Assembly: GCA_963778115.1 (NCBI GenBank)
Contig: CAVZSV010000001.1
Span: forward strand, 96,001 to 160,000
Origin: an uncultured delta proteobacterium
GTDB lineage: Bacteria > Bdellovibrionota > FAC87 > UBA2466
DNA length: 64,000 bases
Reading direction: 5' to 3'
The notes under the pieces are model-generated. The model was not told the origin of the DNA and did not search any database. It was given only the letters and a program-made list of their open reading frames with translations. Of the stretch, positions 10,523-19,845 are shown piece by piece. Position 1 is the stretch's first letter. Every line of letters starts with the position of its first letter. Both the position numbers and the translations under genes were made by a program.

Positions 10523-10623
10523 AAGAAGGTGTCACTCTCCTAGCGGGCTCAAAAGGTACGGGTCATACTCAAACTCCAATATGACCCGTTCCAAAAGGGC
10601 CCGCTAGGAGAGTGACACTTCTT
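10523..10623. repeat. Long imperfect palindrome (REP-doublet-like), copy 2, inverted relative to copy 1
   Basis: Same two arm variants as copy 1 in swapped order, with a different loop. Confidence 0.85.
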
Positions 10624-10673
10624 AGGGTCATCGATCTTCCTATGGTGTCGCCTGTGCATATAGGAGGTCATTC

Positions 10674-11072
10674 ATGCAGCAACAAGAAACAAATGGACCG
10701 AAATCCGGTCGCTTCGAGTTTCAAAAGTGGTCCGTCTATCAAAGGGCACTTCTTTTCGTGAAGGCAAGTTTTCGACTTTGCGATAGGTTCCCTAAACAAT
10801 CGGTAACTGGATTGCGAGATCAGTTTCGTAGAGCGAGTCAGTCTATTCCTCTAAATATTGCGGAAGGCTGTTCGAGATATTCTTCTAAGGATAAGGCAAA
10901 TTTTTGGAGAGTAGCTAAGGGTTCGGTGTTTGAGTGTGTAGCGATTTTGGATTTGGTAAGGACGATGGAATTGGTGGAAGAAGGTATCGATGATTTGGAA
11001 ATTGAGTTGGAGCATTTGGGGAAGATGTTGTCGGGGTTGATTCGATTTATTGAGACTAATCCGAGGAAATAA
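10674..11072 (+). CDS. Four-helix-bundle protein (23S rRNA IVP / bAvd-like family)
   Basis: VYQRA…LRDQFRRASQSIPLNIAEG…AKGSVFEC…MLSGLI. Confidence 0.9.
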   Translation: MQQQETNGPKSGRFEFQKWSVYQRALLFVKASFRLCDRFPKQSVTGLRDQFRRASQSIPLNIAEGCSRYSSKDKANFWRVAKGSVFECVAILDLVRTMELVEEGIDDLEIELEHLGKMLSGLIRFIETNPRK

Positions 11073-11212
11073 GAGTCCGATGGCGGGACGCAAATTTGAT
11101 GGAACCTAGGTTGAGAGGGTTTGGAATTTTCACAACATTAACCGGCTACGCCGGGCTGGAGGTTAAGATTAAACTTAAGGGTAACCTTAATAGTTATGGC
11201 GGGGCGGACGGG
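10923..11212 (+). repeat. 290-bp direct repeat, copy 1 (3' part of four-helix-bundle gene through att core)
   Basis: Matches 18596..18885 with 3 substitutions on manual comparison. Confidence 0.92.
11197..11212 (-). other. att core 1: tRNA 3'-end fragment (Asp-like)
   Basis: Minus strand CCCGTCCGCCCCGCCA, CCA-ending, similar to the 3' end of bacterial tRNA-Asp (…GAGTCCCGTCCGTTCCGCCA). Confidence 0.8.
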
Positions 11213-11446
11213 GCGCGTTAGGCGTGATCCGCGAAGTTGAAGAGATCGTTCGAAAATAACAAATGACGACGAGACACTCGTGTTTCGCGACTGAACGAAA
11301 CTGCACCGAAATGAAAGAGATCACCATGTCATGTCCCGAAACGTCCCGATCGGGACCGCATTAAAACGGTCTCGGTTGGACTTCGGGATACGTTTTTTCC
11401 TTTTCTGCCCGCCAACTTTTCAAGACCACATTTGAAAGGAATGAGT

Positions 11447-11590
11447 ATGAAACTCTTTCAGTGGATAGGAAGCCTAATGGCCATCGCTTGCCTTATGGAA
11501 ATTGCTCACAACCCCAGGTACTTAATGACACTCAACAAGGGCCAGCACCACACTTGACTCGGTTTAACGACGAACTGGTAAAGGGAGGAA
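11447..11590 (+). pseudogene. Frameshifted paralogue of small ICE gene 37374..37562
   Basis: MKLFQWIGSLMAIACLMEIAHNP, then in another frame QVLNDTQQGPAPHLTRFNDEL, versus MGKLFQFIGGLMAMACLLEIAISPETVIRDIQRGPAPNLARFDDQL; 3' end approximate. Confidence 0.75.
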
Positions 11591-11593
11591 TGA

Positions 11594-11965
11594 CTATCTC
11601 TTCCGGTTGCTCTCTACATAATGGAAGATCTCTGGCAAACACTTATCGAAAACATCGGTGATGTCGATGCCGTAGATCCTTTTCGCACGGGCAATAATTT
11701 TCTTGCGGTAGGCTTCGTACGGTTTTTTACCTGCGGGCCCAAAGTCGAAAATAGTAGACCGGTCGGTAATGAGCGCCTCTGGGTGTTTGAGAACATGGAG
11801 CAAGAAATGGTCTGCGATGTCCGAGACGAAATTAAGCTTCTCTTGTGAAGCAACAACGACCGTTTGTCCTTTAAACGGTCCTTTGTCTAGCTTGAACGGA
11901 GGAAACTTGTCATCGATGCGTCTCTTCTTCATGGCAGCAAACCTTGCTACAAACTGGGGAAGCAA
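11594..11965 (-). CDS. Hypothetical protein
   Basis: ORF with natural composition; start possibly at the internal MKKRR; no family recognised. Confidence 0.55.
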   Translation of the reverse strand: MLPQFVARFAAMKKRRIDDKFPPFKLDKGPFKGQTVVVASQEKLNFVSDIADHFLLHVLKHPEALITDRSTIFDFGPAGKKPYEAYRKKIIARAKRIYGIDITDVFDKCLPEIFHYVESNRKR

Positions 11966-12147
11966 TCAATGAAAAGCCATCGGTGTGACGCTCCCCTATT
12001 ACCCTGGCGTACCGTTCCTCTCGGAGGCATAATCACCGAGCCAGGAGATCGATCGCGAGCTATTTATTAACTATCTGAAATTACAAAAGTATTCGGTTAC
12101 CGGTAAATTACTTCTTATGCTAATATTGGCGTCGTGGAGAATGGATC

Positions 12148-12411
12148 ATGAAAGAATTGAAAAACAAACCTGAAGAAACGAAGGAGCCATCGCTTTACGA
12201 ACAGGCGATGCGGGCTAAGCCGCGATTTGACTCAAAAGAAGAAGCGATCGAATTCTATACAAATAAATTAAATGCACTTGCCTCAAAGCGAGTGACTACA
12301 GTTCCGAAAATACTTACTGAAGCAGAAACATCTCCTGTCTTTGATGAAGATTTTCTGGAAGCTCGCAATCTTTGGAACTCTCTCTCTAGCGTGAAGGCTC
12401 TCTCGAAGTAA
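12148..12411 (+). CDS. Hypothetical protein
   Basis: GGAG RBS upstream, charged helical composition. Confidence 0.55.
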   Translation: MKELKNKPEETKEPSLYEQAMRAKPRFDSKEEAIEFYTNKLNALASKRVTTVPKILTEAETSPVFDEDFLEARNLWNSLSSVKALSK

Positions 12412-12483
12412 TCCATGGCATGGGCCGATCTAGTCTTCTTGCGAGTCGCTTGCGCAGTGTTGGTTTGCTTGCAACTTGGTTCA

Positions 12484-13350
12484 TCATGCGGCGGTCTTCC
12501 TCCTATGGGATTTCGCTTCAGCTGCGGCACGATGATACTTGTGGGCAATCGCCGAAAGGTCCACGGTCGGCGAGGGTAATTTCATTTTCAGATTTTCCAG
12601 GGTGCTCGTGATTATCTGGGAGATAGCAAGATCGCGGAACCATTTGTGGTCCGATGGGATAACGAACCATGGGGCGTGCTTGGTATTGGTCTTGTGCAAT
12701 AGATCCTCATACGCCTTCGTATACTCATCCCAGTACTCCCGCTCTTTATAATCAGAATCACTGATTTTCCAATTTCTGGCTGGGTCATCCAATCTCTTCT
12801 TAAAGCGTGCGAGCTGTTCTTCCTTCGATATGTGTAAGAAAAACTTGAGGATGGTCGTGTTGTTTTGGATAGCAAGAAGCCTTTCGAAATCATTGATGAG
12901 ATCGAAGCGCTTGGACCACTCTTTTTGAGGCACAAGTTTATGGACTCGAACGACGAGAACATCCTCATAATGGGAGCGATTAAAAATAGCAACACTGCCC
13001 TTACGAGGTGCATGGGGGTGCACCCGCCACAGGAAGTCGTGTTCCAATTCTTCCGGGCTCGGTTGTTTAAAGGACGCAACGACGCACCCTTGAGGATTCA
13101 TACCCGTCAAAACGTGTCTTACGACGCCGTCCTTACCTGCCCCATCCAGTCCTTGGAGAACAATAAGAAGGGAATGTGTATTCTCGGCGTACATCAGATA
13201 TTGCAGTTGATCCATCTTCTGCAGATGTTTTTGGATCACGGGCAGTCCTTCTCTGTGGGATTCGTGCTTTCCATGACTGCTAGGACTTAAGTCTGCGAGT
13301 CTGACTTTGGCGCCTGGCTCAATGAATAGTTTCTCTCGATAGTTCTCCAT
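12484..13350 (-). CDS. ppk2: Polyphosphate kinase 2 family protein (class III-like)
   Basis: Walker A GLDGAGKDG, HDFLWR, FNRSHYEDVL, APWFVIPSDHKW. Confidence 0.95.
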   Translation of the reverse strand: MENYREKLFIEPGAKVRLADLSPSSHGKHESHREGLPVIQKHLQKMDQLQYLMYAENTHSLLIVLQGLDGAGKDGVVRHVLTGMNPQGCVVASFKQPSPEELEHDFLWRVHPHAPRKGSVAIFNRSHYEDVLVVRVHKLVPQKEWSKRFDLINDFERLLAIQNNTTILKFFLHISKEEQLARFKKRLDDPARNWKISDSDYKEREYWDEYTKAYEDLLHKTNTKHAPWFVIPSDHKWFRDLAISQIITSTLENLKMKLPSPTVDLSAIAHKYHRAAAEAKSHRRKTAA

Positions 13351-13384
13351 ATTCCTCTCCCATTATTCTTGCAAAAACCAGGGA

Positions 13385-15898
13385 CTAAGAGGCTTCTCTC
13401 GTGGGCAGAGAGCCTTTAACAGTTTGAAGTAATTTTGAAGCCGGTGCCGAAACTTTGTTGGCTTGACCCGAATCCAGTATTCGATACGCGAGAAGCTTCA
13501 ATCGGTCGTTTAGAAGCGCCCATGTTGCGGCATAAGCCCACACGAAAAACGCCCATCCCCATCCTAAGGGCGTCATAAACAGACCGTACACCGCAATCAA
13601 CGTTGCTACGGTTTGTGTGCCTAGCACTGCTACCCACAAGATTCGGGCGGGACGAATAGACCAGAACGGTCCACGCGTCCTGGTCAGGAATATCGTCATA
13701 TGTCCTGCGACAGACAGTTTGAGGTACATTAGAGTTTGAATGTGATCGCGATCAAGATGAAAGACCCGCTCGCCAAGGTAGAAGAGAATGAATGCCGCTA
13801 AGACACCAAGGATGCCGAGCACAGTGGATATTCCGAGCACCAGGCGCATGTTCCACGCCTCCGGGGAATTCTTGTAATGAACTCTATCGTAAGCAATGGA
13901 CAGAATAGCTCCGTCATTAAGTAAGGCCAACATGACGATCATGACTGCGGTCACTGGATAGAAGTTAAATACCAGGATCGAAAGAGTCATGAATAAGAGT
14001 ACTCGCAAGGTCTCAGCGATTCGGTAAATCGCATAACTGTTCATCCGCTGAAAAATTTTACGACTCTCCTTTATAGCCGTGACTATTACGGATAGTCCCG
14101 GCGTCATGAGAACGATCGATGCCGCGGCACGAGCTGCATCCGTCGCATCCGAAACCGCGATACCGCAGTCGGCCTTCTTGAGAGCGGGAGCATCATTAAC
14201 CCCATCGCCGGTCATGCCCACGATGTGGCCGCGTTTCTGGAGAACATCTACAATGTGAAACTTATGCTCCGGAAATACCTGCGCGAAACCATCCGATTTC
14301 TCAATGGAGTCTGCGAGCTCTTTAGTCTCCTCGTGCTTACTATCGGCAAACCCGCTGGCATTCAGGATATTGGTGCCCAGTCCCAACTTCTTGGCCGTTT
14401 CCCGAGCGATTGCCATCTGGTCGCCCGTTACCATCTTGATGTTGACTCCCATCTGTCTGGCAGTGGTAATGGTCGCCTTGGCGTCTTCTCTTGGGGGATC
14501 GAAGAGCGGCAATACCCCTAAAAACTGCCACGCACCGTCGGCGCTTGTCCGAGCTACTCCAAGCGAGCGAAAACCGCGTGCGGCAAATTCATTCACGGCC
14601 TTTTCGACGTCTGCTTGGATCTTTCCGGCGTTTGCCGACAATTGCAGGACTACTTGGGGTGCTCCTTTTGTCGTCTTAAACTCTTTTCCGTCCGTTCCCT
14701 TCACCGTGGCTTCCGTACGCTTATGCACTGGATCGAACGGGAGGAAGTGAATCACCTGATAGCCCTTGAGTGCGGATTCGCTTTTCAGGCCCTTCAGAAC
14801 GGCCAGGTCGATAGTGTCTTTATCGTCCGCTCGTGACGCCAGAGCCGCACTTAGAATAAGATCATCCAACGTCGTTCCATTTACGGCGAATGGATCACCC
14901 AAGGTCAGTTTGTTCTGGGTCAAGGTGCCGGTCTTATCCGCGCACAGAACATCCACTCCTGCTAATTCCTCGATAGCGGTGAGGCGCGTCACAATCGCCT
15001 GCTCCTTGGCCAGAATTCGAGCCCCCACCGCCATCGTCACTGAAAGCACTGTGGGCATCGCTACGGGAATAGCGGCTACCGTCAACACTAGAGCAAACTG
15101 CAATGTGGTGAGAATCGGATCTCCCCTGAAGACAGCGATCGTAATAATCATCGCCACCAAAATAACGGCGAACACGATCAGATAATTACCAATCTTCAAA
15201 ACGGCCTTCTGGAAATGACTGACGGTTCGTGCTTCGGCTACGAGTTCCGCGGTCTTTCCGAAAAAGGTGTTCTGACCCGTGGCATAGACGAGCGCATCTA
15301 TTTCACCTTGGCGGACAACGGAACCGGAAAAGATCGCTTCCCCGGGCTTGCGCGTTGCAGGCAATGATTCACCGGTTAGCGTCGACTCATCCACTTCTAT
15401 CGGGTCACCTGCAAGTAGACGCGCGTCCGCCGGTACAATGTCCCCCAATCGCACACGAATGACATCGCCCGGAACTAGATCACGCGCTGGCGCCGAGATC
15501 CACTGATTGTCGCGTCTCACCCGAGCGTTAATGGCAAGCTTTGCTTTAAGGGCCTCGATGGCGTTACCCGCCTGGCGTTCCTCCCAGAATCCCACGATGG
15601 CGTTGGAAAGTAACAATACGAGAATGATCAAGAAATCGGGCCAGTGGCGAGCTACCGCGGAAAGAATTACGGCCGCCTCGATCATCCACGGAATCGGTCC
15701 CCAAAAGTAGCTCAGAAACTTTAGAAATAGGTTCGTCTTCTTCTCTTCAATTGCGTTGGGACCATATTGGAGGAGCCGCTTCCGCGCCTCAGCTAGGCTG
15801 AGGCCGTCCGGCGATGCTCCTAACTTTTTTTCAAGTTCCGGTAGAGGCAATGATTTTAGATCGGCGTGGCCATGTGACTTAACCGTATTAGACATCAT
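13385..15898 (-). CDS. Plasma-membrane-type proton-efflux P-type ATPase (P3A)
   Basis: TGES, AIPVAMP, DKTGTLT, TGDGVNDAPALK; TM6 LLNDG with the proton-acceptor Asp; FWGPIPWMIE. Confidence 0.95.
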   Translation of the reverse strand: MMSNTVKSHGHADLKSLPLPELEKKLGASPDGLSLAEARKRLLQYGPNAIEEKKTNLFLKFLSYFWGPIPWMIEAAVILSAVARHWPDFLIILVLLLSNAIVGFWEERQAGNAIEALKAKLAINARVRRDNQWISAPARDLVPGDVIRVRLGDIVPADARLLAGDPIEVDESTLTGESLPATRKPGEAIFSGSVVRQGEIDALVYATGQNTFFGKTAELVAEARTVSHFQKAVLKIGNYLIVFAVILVAMIITIAVFRGDPILTTLQFALVLTVAAIPVAMPTVLSVTMAVGARILAKEQAIVTRLTAIEELAGVDVLCADKTGTLTQNKLTLGDPFAVNGTTLDDLILSAALASRADDKDTIDLAVLKGLKSESALKGYQVIHFLPFDPVHKRTEATVKGTDGKEFKTTKGAPQVVLQLSANAGKIQADVEKAVNEFAARGFRSLGVARTSADGAWQFLGVLPLFDPPREDAKATITTARQMGVNIKMVTGDQMAIARETAKKLGLGTNILNASGFADSKHEETKELADSIEKSDGFAQVFPEHKFHIVDVLQKRGHIVGMTGDGVNDAPALKKADCGIAVSDATDAARAAASIVLMTPGLSVIVTAIKESRKIFQRMNSYAIYRIAETLRVLLFMTLSILVFNFYPVTAVMIVMLALLNDGAILSIAYDRVHYKNSPEAWNMRLVLGISTVLGILGVLAAFILFYLGERVFHLDRDHIQTLMYLKLSVAGHMTIFLTRTRGPFWSIRPARILWVAVLGTQTVATLIAVYGLFMTPLGWGWAFFVWAYAATWALLNDRLKLLAYRILDSGQANKVSAPASKLLQTVKGSLPTREAS

Positions 15899-16134
15899 CA
15901 GCGTGCTCCTTTTTCCGCTTCTGCATCACGGTGTGCGGATTAACTAGCGGGTCTTGGGTTATCACGCACAGATGGTCTAGCCAAGATGTTAGAAGCGGAA
16001 GGTCTGTCCGTTTTGGACGGCGAGTGGTCTCAGGACTCATTTTGGTGTTGGGACTTTATATGGTCTACAAGGGAATATTTACCTAAGATTTCACTGGTTC
16101 ACCCCACATAACCGAAGACACATTTTGATTATTG

Positions 16135-16166
16135 TTGACTCCGTACTATAGTACGGAGTCTATAAT
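16135..16166 (+). promoter_or_regulatory. MerR-type promoter/operator
   Basis: TTGACT, 20-bp spacer, TATAAT; perfect 24-bp palindrome GACTCCGTACTA|TAGTACGGAGTC at 16137..16160, close to the Tn501 mer operator. Confidence 0.92.
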
Positions 16167-16173
16167 TTGAGGT

Positions 16174-16578
16174 GTGGATATGACTATTGGCAAACTGGCG
16201 GAGGCAGCGGGGGTCGGCGTGGAGACCATCCGTTTTTATGAGCGAAAAGGTCTCATCAAAAAGCCGCAGCGCAAAGACGGCGGATTTCGTTACTACTCAG
16301 ACGAGGAAGCATCAAGAGTACGGTTTGTAAAACGGGCCCAGGAGTTGGGGTTCACGCTACGCGAAGTGAAAGATCTCCTGGACCTTCAATCCAAGCGCAA
16401 GGTGACCGGCTCGCAGGTCCAAAAGAGGGCTCAAGAGAAAATAACCGAGATCCATAAAAAGATTTCTGACTTGAAACAAATGGAAGCGTCACTCCAGCGC
16501 CTTGCCGAAGTCTGCGGAGATGGCGAACAAGCCATCCGAGAATGCAAAATTTTCGACTGTTTTGGAAAAGGTTGCTGA
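16174..16578 (+). CDS. MerR-family metal-responsive regulator
   Basis: TIGKLA…GVETIRFYERKGL…RAQELGFTLRE; four Cys in C-terminal tail; start may be ATG 16180. Confidence 0.93.
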   Translation: MDMTIGKLAEAAGVGVETIRFYERKGLIKKPQRKDGGFRYYSDEEASRVRFVKRAQELGFTLREVKDLLDLQSKRKVTGSQVQKRAQEKITEIHKKISDLKQMEASLQRLAEVCGDGEQAIRECKIFDCFGKGC

Positions 16579-16592
16579 AGAAAGGATTAATT

Positions 16593-17033
16593 ATGAGACC
16601 TCACTTATCAATGAATGTGAAAAGCCTCGAAAAGTCGGTCGACTTTTACCGGACGGTATTTGGAGTTGAGCCCCAAAAGCGATCCTCTACCTACGCAAAA
16701 TTTGACCTCAATGACCCCCTTTTTAATTTCACCATGCACGAAGTTTCTGAAGGAAGAGATGCGAGTCGGGTCAATCATCTAGGTATCGAAGTCGGAAGCG
16801 TTGAAGAGGTATTAGCCTGGAAGAAACGGCTTGAAACGAAGAAAATACAAACTTTGTCCGAGGAGAACGCCGAATGTTGTTTTGCGAAGCAGGATAAATT
16901 TTGGTTCCAAGACCCTGACGGTAATTCCTGGGAAGTCTTTTTTGTTCACGAGCAGCTGCCCGTTGAAGGAGCGGAACCCCCAAGAACAGTATCGAAAGCG
17001 GGAGCCTGTTCTACCGCCTCCAAGTGTTGTTAG
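16593..17033 (+). CDS. arsI: ArsI/CadI family VOC metalloenzyme
   Basis: HLSMNV, YAKF, NHLGIEV, CCFAKQDKFW, DPDGNSWE; RBS AAGGA before ATG 16593. Confidence 0.85.
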   Translation: MRPHLSMNVKSLEKSVDFYRTVFGVEPQKRSSTYAKFDLNDPLFNFTMHEVSEGRDASRVNHLGIEVGSVEEVLAWKKRLETKKIQTLSEENAECCFAKQDKFWFQDPDGNSWEVFFVHEQLPVEGAEPPRTVSKAGACSTASKCC

Positions 17034-17042
17034 TACCCATAG

Positions 17043-18098
17043 ATGAATCTCGTTAAAAAGAAACTGTCATTTCTCGACCGCTATCTGACTCTATGGGTTT
17101 TCCTGGCAATGGGATTAGGACTCCTTCTAAGTATCCGGGCACCCGGGCTCACTAACGCCCTTACCAGAATGAGTTATGGAACTACGTCCTTACCCATCGC
17201 CATCGGTCTTATTTTGATGATGTATCCGCCCTTAGCAAAGGTGCGGTTCGAAGAACTTCCGCCGGTTTTTCGAAATCGAAGAGTTTTGCTTCTGTCCTTA
17301 GTTCAAAACTGGATTTTGGGACCGCTTTTAATGTTTGTTCTCGCGGTTATTTTCCTAAGGGATCGGCCGGAATATATGGCAGGGCTCATATTGATTGGGC
17401 TCGCCAGGTGCATTGCCATGGTCATCGTCTGGAACGAGCTTGCCGAAGGAAGCACTGAGTATTGCGCGGGGCTTGTCGCCTTCAATTCTATTTTTCAGAT
17501 CCTCTTTTTCCCACTTTACGCCTATGTCTTTCTAACGGTACTTCCCAATGTTCTTGGGATTCAATCTTTGAAATTAGATGTCTCTATTGGAGAAATAGCG
17601 AGGTCCGTAGGAGCCTATCTGGGCATACCATTTTTGGCGGGGTTTCTGACACGCTTTATTCTACGGCCCCGAAAGGGAGCTGATTGGTATGACAAGAGTT
17701 TCGTGCCGTTTATCAGTCCAATCACGCTTGTAGCGCTCCTTTTTACAATCGCCGTGATGTTTTCCCTTAAAGGAAATCAGGTCGTTGAACTCCCGATGGA
17801 GACGTTGAGAATCGCGCTGCCGATGGCGATCTATTTCATCGTGATGTTTTTCCTGTCTTTTGCCTTGAGCGAAAAGGCGGGCGCCAGTTATCCACAGGCT
17901 ACCAGTCTTTCTTTCACCGCAGCCTCAAACAATTTTGAGTTGGCCATTGCCGTCGCGATTTCTACCTTTGGGCTCCATAGTGGGGTTTCCTTTGCGACCG
18001 TAATCGGTCCCCTTGTTGAGGTGCCCGTGCTGATTTCACTCGTTCGGGCCGCTTTTTGGTTTAAGAAACGCTGGCCTCTGAAGGCAGAAATGAGGTGA
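17043..18098 (+). CDS. acr3: Acr3 arsenite efflux transporter
   Basis: [45 protein letters not shown]. Confidence 0.97.
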   Translation: MNLVKKKLSFLDRYLTLWVFLAMGLGLLLSIRAPGLTNALTRMSYGTTSLPIAIGLILMMYPPLAKVRFEELPPVFRNRRVLLLSLVQNWILGPLLMFVLAVIFLRDRPEYMAGLILIGLARCIAMVIVWNELAEGSTEYCAGLVAFNSIFQILFFPLYAYVFLTVLPNVLGIQSLKLDVSIGEIARSVGAYLGIPFLAGFLTRFILRPRKGADWYDKSFVPFISPITLVALLFTIAVMFSLKGNQVVELPMETLRIALPMAIYFIVMFFLSFALSEKAGASYPQATSLSFTAASNNFELAIAVAISTFGLHSGVSFATVIGPLVEVPVLISLVRAAFWFKKRWPLKAEMR

Positions 18099-18102
18099 TG
18101 AA

Positions 18103-18570
18103 ATGAATATCCTATTTATGTGTGTTGCCAATTCAGCTCGCAGCCAAATGGCCGAAGGGTTAGCCAAAAAAATATTTGATTCTTCAGTTCGGGTTGAAAG
18201 CGCCGGTTCGAATCCAAGCAAGGTCAATCCATTTGCGATTAAGGTAATGGAAGAAGTCGGGGTGGACTTAACTCAACACTATTCCAAATCCTACGATGAG
18301 CTGGAGCCGGCATTCATCGTCAAACTCGATTATGTCATCACCCTTTGTGCCGAGGAAGTGTGTCCTCAAATGGTATCTCGGGCAAAAAAAATCAACTGGC
18401 CTCTCTCTGATCCTGCTAACAAAGCGGAAAATGACGAAATTCAATTGGCGACCTTTAGGGAAACTCGTAACTCACTCCTTTCTCGCCTTAGGGATTTCGC
18501 GAAGCAAAATGGGATTAAATGGAAAAGCGGCGAAAGCGCGACCCACTGTTCTCTATCTCGACCGTCATAG
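18103..18570 (+). CDS. arsC: Arsenate reductase (thioredoxin-coupled, LMW-PTP fold)
   Basis: CVANSARSQMAEG, TLCAEEVCP, W-L-DP. Confidence 0.92.
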   Translation: MNILFMCVANSARSQMAEGLAKKIFDSSVRVESAGSNPSKVNPFAIKVMEEVGVDLTQHYSKSYDELEPAFIVKLDYVITLCAEEVCPQMVSRAKKINWPLSDPANKAENDEIQLATFRETRNSLLSRLRDFAKQNGIKWKSGESATHCSLSRPS

Positions 18571-18595
18571 AGTCCGGCAATTTCTGCTGCGAGGA

Positions 18596-18885
18596 TCGGT
18601 GTTTGAGTGTGTAGCGATTTTGGATTTGGTAAGGACGATGGAATTGGTGGAAGAAGGTATCGATGATTTGGAAATTGAGTTGGAGCATTTGGGGAAGATG
18701 TTGTCGGTGTTGATTCGATTTATTGAGACTAATCCGAGGAAATAAGAGTCCGATGGCGGGACGCAAATTTGATGGAACCTAGGTTGAGAGGGTTTGGAAT
18801 TTTCGCAACATTAACCGGCTACGCCGGTCTGGAGGTTAAGATTAAACTTAAGGGTAACCTTAATAGTTATGGCGGGGCGGACGGG
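18596..18885 (+). repeat. 290-bp direct repeat, copy 2 (truncated four-helix-bundle gene to 18745 plus att core)
   Basis: Matches 10923..11212. Confidence 0.92.
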
Positions 18886-18886
18886 A
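18870..18886 (-). other. att core 2: tRNA 3'-end fragment
   Basis: Minus strand TCCCGTCCGCCCCGCCA. Confidence 0.8.
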
Positions 18887-19079
18887 TTCTTTAGGACGAT
18901 TTTGCAACGCGTTGGATCGTAACGATTATTAATAATCACAAAAGCTTACTCGTAAATTCGACATGACCGAAAGCGCACCAAACTGCCACTACTTGCCATT
19001 CCTGTCCCACAGCCGTCCCACACTTGAACCGTACGAACCGACCTTAACGAACACTTAGGCACACAATGAAGGAGGTACT

Positions 19080-19313
19080 ATGACTGACAAAAATGAGCCC
19101 GAGCAGATGGCTGCAGAAAATGACTATCGATTAGTTTGGACGTTTGATGATGTTGCCCGTGAGCTTCAGTGCTCTAAACGCCTGGTTGAAAAGCTTGTGC
19201 AAAAAGATCGTATTCCCCATGCAAAGGTGGGACGGCTTGTTCGGTTCAGTCCAGCCAGAATTAAAGAATGGATAGAGAAAGAGGGACGAGATGAATGCCT
19301 TATGCACCATTGA
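19080..19313 (+). CDS. Excisionase-like HTH protein
   Basis: WTFDDVARELQCS…IPHAKVGRLVRF…WI; strong AAGGAGG RBS; next to att arm. Confidence 0.85.
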   Translation: MTDKNEPEQMAAENDYRLVWTFDDVARELQCSKRLVEKLVQKDRIPHAKVGRLVRFSPARIKEWIEKEGRDECLMHH

Positions 19314-19698
19314 TAGCGGCAGTAATTCCATCGAACGTAAAAGAGAGAGCCCATTTCGCTTTGGCGGCGAGAATAATCTGTGGCGAAGTACAGTCCTTAT
19401 TGATCTTAACGGCAATTATCTTTTTTCCCAATTCAATCGCCTTTTCAATTTCCCATTTCACCCATTCGCTGGCGTAAGTAGTGCCTCCAATTAGACAGAG
19501 AAAATGAGTCGCACCCGAGATCTTTGCGGAAATGGCTCGCTTAATAACCGCGGCATTAGTACTGTCGATAGAAATATCGGCCGATTGATCGCTCATTCCA
19601 AAGTCGAAATCTCCATTCTTGTCCCAAGCAAGTAGCAGGTTTTTATAATGTTTGTCGTTATCAAAATCATAGCTGATAAAAATTCTTGTTTTTGCCAC
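19300..19698 (-). CDS. TIR domain protein (ThsB/MTH538-like)
   Basis: IFISYDFDND…LCLIG…T…SEWVKWEI; likely GTG start at 19698 with GGGAGG RBS. Confidence 0.88.
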   Translation of the reverse strand: MAKTRIFISYDFDNDKHYKNLLLAWDKNGDFDFGMSDQSADISIDSTNAAVIKRAISAKISGATHFLCLIGGTTYASEWVKWEIEKAIELGKKIIAVKINKDCTSPQIILAAKAKWALSFTFDGITAAINGA

Positions 19699-19845
19699 TC
19701 TTGCAACCCTCCCAAAAAGTTCTTTATTGTGGTGAGTCGTGATAAATATGTAAAGGAATTTCTCCCGGGTCATGGCGCTGCGCTCCAGGAATGGAAGAGG
19801 GACTTCGGGATAACACTTTCCGTGGAAGAGAATGGGGGCTACGCG

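Larger units (their letters stand above)
11197..18886. mobile_element. Genomic island segment 1 (PPK2, H+-ATPase, ars cargo); no integrase
   Basis: Bounded by att cores 1 and 2; arm-like repeats at 11332..11349; contains a decayed paralogue of an ICE gene. Confidence 0.65.

Noticed and set aside
9992..10623. Integron attC sites
   Set aside because: No RYYYAAC/GTTRRRY boxes at the ends, the copies are inverted rather than direct, and there is no integron integrase
10643..10658. Sigma54 promoter TGGTGTCGCCTGTGCA
   Set aside because: The implied start site would fall downstream of the GGAGG RBS of the next gene; probably chance
13416..15947. Many short opposite-strand or off-frame ORFs over the ATPase, and similar ones over other long genes
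   Set aside because: Shadow ORFs of well-supported coding sequences
18296..18745. 149-aa ORF as a real gene
   Set aside because: Chimera of an off-frame arsC reading and the duplicated four-helix-bundle 3' fragment
10674..18885. Diversity-generating retroelement (Avd-like gene plus near-identical repeat pair)
   Set aside because: No reverse transcriptase; the three mismatches (G/T, A/G, G/T) are not adenine-specific on one template strand
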